A stretch of 64,000 nucleotides of DNA from Naegleria gruberi. Taxonomy: Eukaryota. This document shows positions 46,660 through 58,975 of the stretch, in pieces. The notes under the pieces are model-generated. The model was not told the DNA's origin. It was given only the letters and a program-made list of their open reading frames with translations, and made no database searches. The stretch's first letter is position 1. Each line of letters begins with the position of its first letter. The stretch lies in assembly GCA_000004985.1 (NCBI GenBank), contig GG738857.1, one strand, 5' to 3'. Both the position numbers and the translations under genes were made by a program.

Positions 46660-48539
46660 CTACCAATTTGGTTGTGGATTTTTAGTTCTAGATTGATATT
46701 TTCTATCAAACATTTGATATAAATAACCTTCACACATTCCTTGTACTTTGTTGAAATGACATCTAACAAATGGATCAATTTTAGATGCTAAAATAGTTCT
46801 CTTAACATTTGGTCCTAAAATTGGTAATAAGAATTTCTTAAACCACCAATTACCACCTTTAGCATCTAATTGTAAATCAACCATTGTTGCCATAATATAT
46901 GGTGGAATATAAATTCTATAAACACGTGTTTGGAACTCTTCAAATGTTTTGTAATCAATTGTAGAAACATCTCTTCTTAAAATTTCATCTAAAATTAATT
47001 GACATTCTGTCATACATGTAACACCTTGTCCATAGACAGGATTTAATGATCCAACTATTTGCAATTAGTTAATGAATTAATCAATTAGTCAATTAGTAAA
47101 TGAATCAATCTTAATAAATCTTAATAAAATTGCTTACCTGAATCACCAAGTGCAAGGAAATTTTCAAGAACATGTTGATTTCCATTTTCATCCTTATATT
47201 GTGTAATCTTTTCCCAATGATTTAAAACAGTTCCATCCTTCTTATAATTTGACCAATCAATAACTGGACCTTGTTCTAAATCACAATGTTCAAAGAATAA
47301 TTTAGTCTTTTCTGAAATATCAGGTGAAACCTTACTTAAATAATCAATACAATCTTCATGATTCTTAATTTTAACACATTCTGGATTTTTACTACCAGTT
47401 TCACCAATAATAAACATTCCCTTATCTTGTGAAACTCTATAGTAAATCATACCACTTTTAGTTGGAAAACCAACATTACCAATATATGCCCAAACAGGTG
47501 TTTTACCATCTTTTTTAAAGAATCCATCTTGCATATTTGGATCTTTCAATTTGTAAATTGCTGAAGTGTAGGTTGTTGTGAGAATAATCTTACTCTTTTC
47601 CATTTCAAATTTTCTATTAGAATCTTTGGAAAATTCTTCTTCAACCCAAATTGGTGTTTGAGTTGTTAAACCTGAACAATCAATTACTAAATCTCCATAA
47701 ACTTGTTCACCTTCTTGTAATTTAACACCTTTAACACGATGAATAATTTTAGAATCTTGTGTTTGAACCTTTTCAAATATTAAACCACTAACTGTTTGAT
47801 CATCTCTGAATTGAATTTTACCCAATGGTGATGAATTTTCATCAATAGTACTACTATTATTACTACTATTATTACTATTACTATTATTATTGGTGTTGAC
47901 ATTAGTTGAAGTAGATGATTTTCCAATTAATGATGAAGAATTCTTATTAATATTCATAATTAAATCTCTAATATAAGATTCAATTTGATATCTTGTCATT
48001 TGATAACCAGGTGGACAAATAGTTTGACCTTCAATTAAACCACATAATTTATCAGATTTACCATCAATGGCAGCATAATCTGTATTTTCAATTAAAATTT
48101 TAAAAGCTCCCATCTTTTCAATTTCATTAATAAAATCAATATTTAAATAACCACCAAATAATTTCTTGAAAATTGTAATACATCTCAATAAAAAAATGTG
48201 AGTTTGAGTTCCTTGTGGAGCAGTTGACTATTACAATAATATTTAATATTAAATATTAAATTACAATATTTAACATACCTTGTTAGTTTCATATCTCTTC
48301 TTTTCAAATAAAATAACATTTTCAAAATGGAAACAAGCATTGAGTGCAGTTGTAATACCACCAATACTACCACCAATAATAATACATGTACCTTTCTTTT
48401 TCTTATCTGAAACTTGTCCAAGTTTAGAATTTTCCAATTTGACTTGAGCATCAAAGAATGGTTTAATATTATTTAACCAATAATAATAGGCATAACATGG
48501 AAGTGCAACTAGTGCAGACAATGCAAGATATCCTAACAT
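46660..48539 (-). CDS. FAD-dependent monooxygenase-like protein (PHBH fold), multi-exon
   Basis: N-terminal exon 48270-48539 has TM segment plus GTCIIIGGSIGGITTALNACFHF (GxGxxG). Middle exon 47121-48188 has an N/S-rich insert and DLVIDCSGL. C-terminal exon 46660-47064 has IVGSLNPVYGQGVTCMTECQLILDEIL (degenerate GDAAH...GQG motif region). Confidence 0.55.
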
Positions 48540-49180
48540 TTTGGACTATAGTATAGTTTAGGTGTTGAATTAATAATTATAAATATATTTGTATATTGGA
48601 GTGGTGTTATATGATGAAGTGGAGAAGAGTAATATGAATCAACCATTCGTTATATGGTTTAATAGTAATAGTTGTTGTTGTGATAATGATGAGAGGAATG
48701 GAGCGGCTATTAACACTTACTTTTTTTTCTATTCGAAAGATTTTAATTGATGCGTGCTGGAATGCTGTCATTCGATTGATTTGGAAAGCTACTTTGAAAG
48801 ATGGTAGTCAAAATACGGTATGAAACCTTCAACAGTTGATTATCAGATCTGATTACGAATTTTTCAAAAGGCTTTATGAAATTACTGTGAAATAATTGAT
48901 GAAAATATTATTTCTCAGAACTGGTAATTATTTGGTACCGAGTATTACGACATCTACTGTTACTTTACAGTTTTCCGATTTCAACAGCATCATCAAATGA
49001 GAAAAGCCTTATTCCTTGTTACTCCTTCATCAAACACAGATTGTGCTCACTATTAAAAATCAAATGCATTTTTTTAATAATCTAGATTATTGATAAGAAT
49101 TTTAGCAAACCAAAATGCAATCGAATTAAAATCTGCTCAAACAACTAGTTCTTTCGAATACGTTATTCATGATTGAAAAT

Positions 49181-49339
49181 GGATGTGTAGCTCAGTTGGA
49201 AGAGCAAGGAAAACTAGTCCAAGCTGTGTATCAAGTGAAGTGGATGGGAGATGGATGGGAATAAAACTTGATTAAAAAACAGCTAGACTCTGGGACAGAT
49301 CCCAGGCCCCTGGTCGCACGATCGAAACGTGTCACATCC
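49181..49339 (+). ncRNA. tRNA-like Pol III element: tRNA 5' half and 3' half separated by ~85-nt insert (intron-containing tRNA, pseudogene or tRNA-derived element)
   Basis: 5' GGATGTG-TA-GCTC-AGTTGGAA-GAGC (acceptor + D-arm, A-box) and 3' GCACG-ATCGAAA-CGTGT-CACATCC (T-arm + acceptor complementary to GGATGTG; GATCGAAAC T-loop as in eukaryotic initiator tRNA-Met). I could not pair a canonical anticodon stem across a position-37/38 intron. Confidence 0.4.
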
Positions 49340-49413
49340 AATAATATTAATTTTTCATATAAATTGATTGGCAAACAAATATCAACTATGACTAAAATAG
49401 TTTATTTACAATT

Positions 49414-50790
49414 TTAGTAACTTTCTATTACACACGCTTTTAAAGATGAAATAATTATTTCAAATTGTTGTGAACAATTAATATTATGATTTCTTTCTTT
49501 GCAAAATTCAATTAATGGAATAAAATTAGCAAGAAAATGAGTTGTAAAAAGAGATCTCTCACCAATTTCAGTTTTAAATTCATTCTCCAAATTGCTAGAA
49601 TCACAGCAATCGTCACAAATATCAAATGAATCATAACCATCCACTGTTGATTGATAAAATCCTGAACATGTTTGATCACATATTTTACATGTCTTTGTTG
49701 ATTCAATTTTAAAAATATCAAAATTATTTCCATACTTTTGTTTCATGTTTGGAATCAAGTTACTTATTTCTGATGGTAAATGATTTAATAATTCAAAATA
49801 TTGTAAAAATTCAACAATACTTCTTCCTACACATGTCAATTTGTGATCATTTAGGTATGATTTGATTAACCATTTTAGTGATTCTTCCATATTTGGCAAT
49901 GTACCAACACCAACACAATACATGTAAGCTACTCCATATTGTGCAAAGCAATAGTTTTGTTTGGCTGATTTTAACAACCATTCAAGTCCAAGTTTTAAAT
50001 CTTTTTCATAATATTCACCAGAATAGTAATAAATACCAATCCAATATTGAGCTAAACAATTTCCATTTCCAGCAGATTTGAAATACCAATCTGTTGCTTT
50101 TTTGAACTCTTCATTAAGTCTATAATGTCTAGCGAGTTTATGTTGATATTTACTATTTCCTAATTCAGCTCCTTTTAAAAGCCATTTTTCTTTCATTTCT
50201 GATGAATTTTTGTTTAATTTTTTCATTTTCTTTATGGCAGGAAAATAATTTAATTCTGCTGATTTTTCCAAAAATGTAATATCCTTATTATATAAATAAA
50301 TTAAATAGTTAAAAATTGGATTATTGGTTTGTTTGGCACATTTTTTATAAACCTTGTTCAATTTAATTCTACTTTTAATATTTGGTAAATCAATTTCAAA
50401 TTTTTTTAATTGTTTAATAATTGAATTTGGAGAAATAATTAATTTTTCCAATACTTTTAAACTAAAATCACCACTTAAATATAATTTTTCCAATTTTGTA
50501 AATAATTTACAATTAAAAATAGTTTTTAACATTTCAGTATTTACATTATTAAAACTACATTTACAAATTTGTAATACTATTTGACTATTACAAAATTTTT
50601 CCATATCCGAAAGTGAAACAAAACGTGTAGAAACCATTTTCAATTTTAAATAGTAATAAATAGACATATCAGACCAATATTTACAAACAAGTCTATGAAC
50701 CAACCATTCATTTGGTAGATAACTTGAAATGTGTGCTAAAATCTCAGGTGGAATTTCATCATTGAAATTTCGTTTTGATAAATTAGACAT
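49414..50790 (-). CDS. F-box / Sel1-like repeat protein
   Basis: N-terminal F-box (IPPEILAHISSYLPNEWLVHRLVCKYWSD). Central Sel1/TPR-like repeats (AELGNSKYQHKLARHYRLNEEFKKATDWYFKSAGNGNCLAQYWIGIYYYSGEYYEKDLKLGLEWLLKSAKQNYCFAQYGVAYMY). Cys-rich C-terminus. Confidence 0.65.
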   Translation of the reverse strand: MSNLSKRNFNDEIPPEILAHISSYLPNEWLVHRLVCKYWSDMSIYYYLKLKMVSTRFVSLSDMEKFCNSQIVLQICKCSFNNVNTEMLKTIFNCKLFTKLEKLYLSGDFSLKVLEKLIISPNSIIKQLKKFEIDLPNIKSRIKLNKVYKKCAKQTNNPIFNYLIYLYNKDITFLEKSAELNYFPAIKKMKKLNKNSSEMKEKWLLKGAELGNSKYQHKLARHYRLNEEFKKATDWYFKSAGNGNCLAQYWIGIYYYSGEYYEKDLKLGLEWLLKSAKQNYCFAQYGVAYMYCVGVGTLPNMEESLKWLIKSYLNDHKLTCVGRSIVEFLQYFELLNHLPSEISNLIPNMKQKYGNNFDIFKIESTKTCKICDQTCSGFYQSTVDGYDSFDICDDCCDSSNLENEFKTEIGERSLFTTHFLANFIPLIEFCKERNHNINCSQQFEIIISSLKACVIESY

Positions 50791-51206
50791 TTTTTTTAAA
50801 GTTGATCAAAACTCCACAATTTCTAATTCTATTAATAAAAGTGCAAAATCACCATCACGTTTATCACGTTTTGTCAAGTTAGAAAGTTCCAACTCAATTT
50901 TATTTAAATAAAATTTCATTGTTTTTGAATATTACTTAATCATTGAGAGTTGATGAAACCAGGCTTCAATACATGTCTTAATGAGCCTTCCGAGTTCTCG
51001 CATTGGATTAAAAAAATTGTTTAATATTCTTTACAATCCATTCAACAATGAAGGCTTGATTGAAAGGCTTTCATGAATTAGAACTCATGAACTTGATATT
51101 AATATCATTAGAAAAAATATCTTTTCATCATCAACTACCACTCTCTTGTAGAAATATTCATCATCCGATCACATCAAAGTAGTACTGATAGAAACAATTT
51201 GCTATT

Positions 51207-52668
51207 TTGTTCATGGGTAATAAATCTTTTAAACAAGCGAACAACAAATCAATTTCATCAACAAGTTTATCATCACAACCCAATTCCAATTTTAATAACA
51301 ATAACAACAACAATAATAACATGTATCAAAGAAATACTCATCATCTTAGAACTGGTGGGAAGAGTGTAGTTTTTGGTTGCGGATATAATTCAGCATCATT
51401 ACTCGGAGTATCACACTCTGATGTTGAAGATAATGGAGTTCATGGATCAAATTCCTTTTCTCAAGATGTAACACAATTTGTTTTCTTATCAACATTACAA
51501 GAATTATTGAATAATGATTCTCCTGGACAACATGTTTGTCAAATTGTTGTTCAATTTTCCAAAACCTACTTTTTAACATCTCATGGTCATGTCTATACTT
51601 CATTTCCATTAGCAAGAGATGTTCAATTTGATAGTATTTTACCTGATCGTGTTGTGGAAATGAGATCAGGACAGAATAGAACATTATTTAGAACTGAATT
51701 TGGTCAAATTTATGTAAAAGCAGATGGTCCACTCTCTAAAATTACTGGAGTTACTAATACACAAGTAAATAATGTAAAATTATTTGGAGTTGGTGGTTTA
51801 CATTACTGGTTATTAGATGATGAAACTAATCGTTTATATGGTGAAGGAGAAATTAATGGAGCTAGTGTTGAAAAAGTTATAGAATTGAATGATTATTTAC
51901 AGAAAGATGAAAAAGTTAGAGATATTGTTACAGGTGGTAATTCGTATGTTTTTTTTATTTCATTTTATAGTAACAATTATATATAACATTGTTTAAATAA
52001 TGATGAATTGAAATTTGAAATTTGATAATAGATTTGTTTTAATAACAAATAAGAATAATATTTATGTATATGGAGAGAAGGAAGCTTTTGGATCAACAGT
52101 TGATGAACATTATTCTAAACCAACAAGATTAAGACAATTTGATGGAATGGTAAAATCAGTTGTTTGTGGATGGTATTTTACAATTATTTTAACATTTAAT
52201 GGACAATTATGGATGGCAGGTAGAAATACATATCAACAACTTTCATCTAAAAATCTATCATCTCATGATAATGTTGTTCAATGGTTTATAGATGATTCAT
52301 TAGTATTAAATCCAAATGAAGAAATTGATCAAATTGGATCTGGATCAGATCACGTTTTAATATCAACAACAATTGGAAGAATTTTCACAAGAGGAATGAA
52401 TACATATGGTCAACTTGGTAGAGATAATAGAACTCAATCTGGAGTATTTATGGAACCAAGTTTTAAAAATCAAAATTACAAGGAAATTATTTCTAAATTT
52501 GTTGGACCAAAATTTTCAATTTCATTTGCAGATAATAATTTTAATACTTTAAGTTCCTTTTTAATTATTCATTCAGTTAGAGAATCAAAGGAACTTATTC
52601 AAATGAGATCAAAACTTTTAAATTGTTCAAAACAATCTTTATTATCAGATTTAGTAATTTTACATTAA
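51207..52668 (+). CDS. RCC1-repeat (regulator of chromosome condensation-like) protein, 2 exons
   Basis: Exon 1 51207-51943 (donor gtatgt), exon 2 52024-52668 (acceptor gataatag). Repeated GxNxxGQLG-type blades (GRNTYQQLSS, GMNTYGQLGRDNR, YGEGEINGAS). Confidence 0.6.
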
Positions 52669-53247
52669 AACATTTTAATTTATTATTTAATATATTATTT
52701 TGATGATTGTAAAGTTAAAATGATGATCATGTGAGGATTAGTTATTATTGATTCAAGTCATTAGAGATAGATGAATAATAATTGATGAAATTTGAATGAA
52801 AATTTATTGTTTTTAGAATGTACTGTCAACATAATTTTTCCATAAAAGTAACAATTGTGAATCTTCGTAATGTTAAATATCAAAAATCAAAAACTGATTG
52901 ACGTTGTGTAAAACCAAACGTCATCAAAAATCGACTCGTCATTAAAAAAAATATCTGAACAGCTCTTAACAATAACAATCATCATCACCTGTTTCTGATA
53001 ATAAAATTATTATTATTTGATTATTATCGGTTTCTAATAACAATAGAGGTTAAGTGGCAGTAGAGTAATATAGAAGTTTTTTATAGAAGGAGTAGAAACA
53101 AATCATCATCATCATCATCTCTCTCCAGTTACTCACTCCATAACTATATTGTTATCATCATCAATATCATCAATTTATTATTATTATTAATAATATTAAA
53201 TAGTGTACATATTACAATAATAATAATAATAATATTAAAAAATTAGA

Positions 53248-54992
53248 ATGTCAGGTTTTTCATCACAATCTATTCAAGCATCACTTGTTAGACCATCCAA
53301 ATATAGACATTTAAATGGATTTGAAACTAAAAGTGAGAGATATGAAAATATTAATGTTGGTTATGGTCAAAAATTAAGTAATACATTAAAAACCAATGGT
53401 TCAATCTATGCATTACCATTTAATGTAACAGGTGGTACTTTATCATTTAAATATTTAAATGATTATGGTAGATGGGATGAAAAATTACAAAATTATGGAA
53501 TTATTAAGGCTCACAAGGGAAGATTATCAGATTTTGATATTTCCCCTTTTAGAAATAGAGATCATTTAGTAACTGTTTCTAATTCTGATAATATTATTAG
53601 ATATTGGAAATTACCTACAAATAATAATGATAATGATAATAATAGCAATGATATTTCTTCTTCTAATATTACTTCTACTAATACTTCCAATATAAATGGT
53701 AATAATACTATATATAGAACCTATGAAGAAATGGATTGTGATTTGGAATTAAATGATACAAATAATACAAAATCAACTATTAGTAGAATATCATTTAATC
53801 CACTTGTTGATAATTCACTTGTTAGTATTCAAGGAGATTTAATCCATTTTTGGGATGTTGAAAAAAAGAAAATTTTAAATTCAATTCAAAATTTACCAAA
53901 TCCATCAATTTCTAGTAAAACATTACCAACAGTTGAAAGTTTAGGATGGAATGAATATGGTAATTTATTTATATGTGGTACAAATGATCGTTCCATTAGA
54001 ATTTATGATATTAGATTATCTTCCAATTATAGTAATAATAATAATAATAATAATAATCAATCTAATAATCAACAAATATGTATAACTGAAGGACATTCAA
54101 GTATGAAACCATTTCAAACATTATATTGTGAAAATATGTATATATGTAGTGTTGGATTTTCTAAAAATGGAGGTAGAGAATTAGCCATGTATGATATTAG
54201 AAAAGATTTGAAATGTTTACAAAGAATTTCCATTGATAATGGTGGTTCAGTTTTAACACCATTTTATGATTCAGATATTAAATTACTATATTTAGTAGGT
54301 AGAGGAGATGGTAATATTAGATTTTATGAATTAGAAGGTGGTATTATGCATTATTTAAATGATTATAATTGTCAATCTACATCTGCATCTGTTGATTGGT
54401 TACCAAAATGGAAATTAAATGTTAATAATTTTGAATTGGCTAAATTTTTAAGATTAACAAATGAAAAAACAATTGAAACTCTTTCAATGAGAGTTTCTAG
54501 AAAATCAAATATTGAACAATATTTTCAAGAAGATATATTTCCAGATACTTGGAATGGTCAACCTATTTATAATAATACTAATCAATGGTTAAATACTATT
54601 ATTAATAATAATACTACTTCTATTAATAATAATACTATACAAAGTAATATTAATAATAGTAATGGTAATGGTAATGAAAATTTGAATGAAAATGAATTAT
54701 TACAAACTAGACCAACCATGTCATTAAAACCATCTGATAAAATATCTATCTATGATGTACCTATTAGTGAAGGTGGTAAAATTAGACCATCCACTACTAA
54801 TTTAAGTAAATTACATTCATCATCATCTTTAAATAGTATTGAAAATACTCCAACTACTACATTAGATACCCCAACTACTATTACAAATTATAATACAAAT
54901 GAACAAGTTGATGATGAATTTAAAGATTTAAATGAAAATCAACAATTTGATGACAATGAAGAAGAAGAAGAAGAATTAATTACCATTAATAC

Positions 54993-55023
<31 letters not shown>

Positions 55024-58000
55024 GAACATAATCATAATAATTTTAATGATTTAAATGATATAGATTCATTAATGTCACCAACAGAAGCAACTTCCAAATC
55101 CATTTCCATTGGATTAGTTTCTAGTTTAGGTAAAAATGTAGCACTTGCATCAGCTCATATTCCATGGTATAAAAGAATTACAATGGGAATGGGTTATTAT
55201 TTAGGAATGGCAATGTTTTTAATATTTAAATTTACATTCATTTCAATACCTGTTTGGGTTTATCGTAAATCTACTGGTTACACTCCTCCACCTATTAAGG
55301 AACGTTTCGAACAAGTACCTGTTATTAAGGTTATTAAGAAACCTTCAAGAAAAGTTTCATCAAATATCAATTCTTCTACAAGTGTTAAACGTAATATTGT
55401 TGGTGGTGGTGCTAATACTAATAATAATAATACTGATAATAATAATATAACACCTACTACACCAAATGATTATATTAAATCATCAGTATCTAATACATCA
55501 TTATCATTAACTCCACAAACTCCAAGTGGTAGCGGCAATAATTTAATCATTTCAGATCCACTTGCAAGTGAATCAAGTCGATTACTATCACGTGAATATG
55601 GTAGAATTATTATGGAAGAATATATTGGTAAATTAACTAAAGAAGATATATTTCCTAAAAGAGCACATGATAAAGATACCAATCTAAAACAAGTTCTTGA
55701 AATTGATGTAGTTGACTTGAAAAAAGGTCTCACTCATGTACTAATTTGGGTAAAAGGACGTAAAAAATCGAGAGCAACACTTGCACCACTTTATTGGACA
55801 AGTTTAAATCATAATGATTGTTTCATTTTGGATTGTGGTAAAATTTGTTACATTTACAATGGACAATATTCTAACAAATTATGTAGAGCTAAAGCATTAG
55901 ATATTTCACAAATGATTAAATATAAGGAAAGAGGTGGTGATTGTCAAGTTGTAATTATTGATGGTATTGATTATTCTAATAATGGAAATAATTCTAATAA
56001 TAATTCTAATAACAATGACATGACACCATTATATAAAAAACAAGTATTACAATTTTGGAAAGAATTAGGATTAACAAGTGAAAATGAATTTTGTGAATTA
56101 TTAAATATTCACTTTCCTAAAAAGGAAGATTCTAGTAGTAGTAGTAATAATAATGTATTAAACAGATTAAAATTAACAGATAAATCTAAATTTACATCAA
56201 AAGATGAATTAAATGATGATTTATATCAACAATTTAATGATTTAGGTCAAAGATTATATAAATTAAATTCAGAAATCTTTGAAGAACTTCCACTAAAAAT
56301 AGAATTAAATGAAACACAAGATGAATACATAGAAAGAATATCACCATATATGTTAAGTGTTATAAAATTAAATCAAATACCAGGTGGTGAAATTGTAAAT
56401 TTAAAAGAATTAGAAAATTTATTAAATAATGAAAAGAATTTAATTGATCCAAATAAGGTATCAGAAATTACACAACCATCACATCATGTTTTACATTCTG
56501 ATCAATGTTACATTTTTGAAAGTTTATTTACAAATGAAGTTTTCTTTTGGAGTGGAAAACAAAGTAATTTAAATATTAGAAAATGGGGAATTGCTATTGC
56601 TAAAAAATTAGCACAATATAGATCTTTAAATAATAATCCATTTTCATTGAAAAATCCAATTTTACAACGTTTTAAATCTATTTTAAATAATTCTATTAAT
56701 ATTACTATAAATGGAAGTAATTCTATAAATGGAAATCAATTACCTAATAATAGAAAATATTTATCATCCATTACACGTGTTATAGAAGAAGGTGAACATT
56801 CTATTTATAAACAAAAATTTAGTGATTATCCAGGAATGTTAATGATTCAAACACAATCACAAGAATCACGTGGAAATGTTGCAGAAAAAAAGAAACAATC
56901 AAAAATTAATTTTTTAGAATTATTAAAATCTAAAAATAATTTAAAAGAAGAATTAAAATCTAATTCACAAAAACAATTTATTGATCCAACTTTAGTAACT
57001 ACCATATATAGTAGTAAAATTAGAATGTGGAGAGTGAGTGATTTTCAAAAAATACCATATCAACATTTAGGTCATTTCTTTACAGGTGATGCATTTATTA
57101 TTTTATTTACCTATACAAAAATAGAAGGTGGTAAATCTTTCCATAAATTATTCTTTTGGCAAGGAAGAGATATTAAAAAGAAAGATAAAGGAACATCTGC
57201 ATATAAAACTGTTGAAATTAATGAAATGATTGATGAAGGTGTTGTAGAAAATCAAATTAGAGTTGTACAAGATAAGGAACCTAAACTATTTTTAGATTTA
57301 TTTAAATTTAACCCAAATAGTATGGAAGAGAGTACTACTATTGAAAATGATAAACATTATAAGAAGGTACCTTATTTTATTCATAAGGGTAAATATAGAC
57401 CTTCTGTTTTGGAATCTTTTGAAAAGGCTAACAAATTATCTTCTATTATTGGTAATATTTCTAATAATAATAATAATGGAAATATTAATCCAAAATCATC
57501 ACCATTACCAAAATTAAATATTTCTAATAATACAAATGATAATAATAATACAAATAATACCACTACAACTACACCAACAACACCTACAATTTCAAATGAT
57601 GAAGAAATGAATCTTGCACCTGTTAAATTATTTACTTCCATAAATGGAAATTTAGATGAAAATGAAAAATTTTCACCTCAAATTTTACAATTCCAAACAG
57701 AAATGATTGAAAGAATAATTTCTAAAAATATAAAATTAGAATATTTAAAATCCTATGATTTTAGAAATGGAATTTTATGTGAAACTGATGATTTACATCC
57801 AAATTATTTAAATCCATTTAATTTAATAATTTTTTCAAATTTAAATTTTAATGTTTATTTAAATAGAATTGAACTAAATAAGGAAATTGAACAAGATGAT
57901 TTAAAAACTATTATTTATTATGGAAAATATTGTAAAGAATCTGATAAGAAATTTATTGAAAATAATGTTTTAAATTTATTTAATAATAATAATATAATTA

Positions 58001-58908
58001 CTATAAATGGAAATAATCAAGAATTATTAGAAAATGTATTTACTAAGGAAATTGATCCAACATTTGAATATTTTATTTCTAGATTTAATAATTATTTAAA
58101 TACTTTTGAATTTAAAAATAATTATAATATTTCCTTTTATAATATTAATGATCATTCAGGTGAATTTACTTTAAATAGATTGGATCCATTTGGTGAAATT
58201 GATTTATCTTCTTCACAAGCCTTTATTTTAGATTGTCTTGATTTAGAAGGTAAAATCTATGTTTGGATTGGAATGTTATGTAATATTGAAACAAAGAAAT
58301 TTGCACTTTCAACTACCATTCAATATTACTATACATGGAAATCACAAACTTGTAATGATGAATTTTATAAGAAGAAACCTCAAAATGATGACATGGATGA
58401 TTTTGATCCAAGTAAATTTTTACAAAAATCAGATGAACAATCATTACTTGTCATTCAAGAAATGGAAGAACCACAAGAATTTACAAAACATTTCATTTCA
58501 TGGTCAATTAATTCAACTTCATTCAAAGTTAGATTTAAACAATTACAAGATCCAAATTTAATTTCAAAGGGTTTTGTTAAAACACCAAGAACTCCAAGAA
58601 GATCAAATATTAATGTTCAAATTTCTAAACATGAAAAGAATTTATTTGAACATTCTTCATCCATTTTTGAAATTGAACATTGTTCAAATGTTTTACAATT
58701 ATATAACAAATTATTTACTCACAAAACTTATAGTTATGCAATTTTAACAAGTGGTGCAAATATTCCAGAAGGTATTGATAAATCTAAATTAGAATCTTAT
58801 TTATCAAATGAAGAATTCCAAAAAGTATTTGGAATGGATAAAAAGAAATTTGCTACTTTACAAAATTGGAAACAAACCTCTTTGAAAAAGGAAAAGAATT
58901 TATTTTAA
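53248..58908 (+). CDS. Villidin-like giant actin-binding protein: coronin-type WD40 N-terminus, gelsolin repeats, C-terminal villin headpiece
   Basis: Single 1886-aa exon. N-terminus SKYRHLNGFETKSERYENINV...DFDISPFRNRDHLVTVSNSDNIIRYWKLP (coronin signature). Gelsolin-like repeats in the C-terminal half. Terminal LSNEEFQKVFGMDKKKFATLQNWKQTSLKKEKNLF (villin headpiece). Contains poly-N, His10 and a ~30-aa hydrophobic segment (GMGYYLGMAMFLIFKFTFISIPVWVY). Confidence 0.8.
54034..54057. repeat. (AAT)n microsatellite within coding sequence (poly-Asn)
   Basis: aataataataataataataataat in frame within the villidin-like gene. Similar AAT/CAA/CAT runs recur throughout the coding regions. Confidence 0.8.
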
Positions 58909-58975
58909 ATCACTCGCATATATTATTATTAAATTTGTATATTTTTTAAAATGATCATATTCTTTCAAAAGAAGA

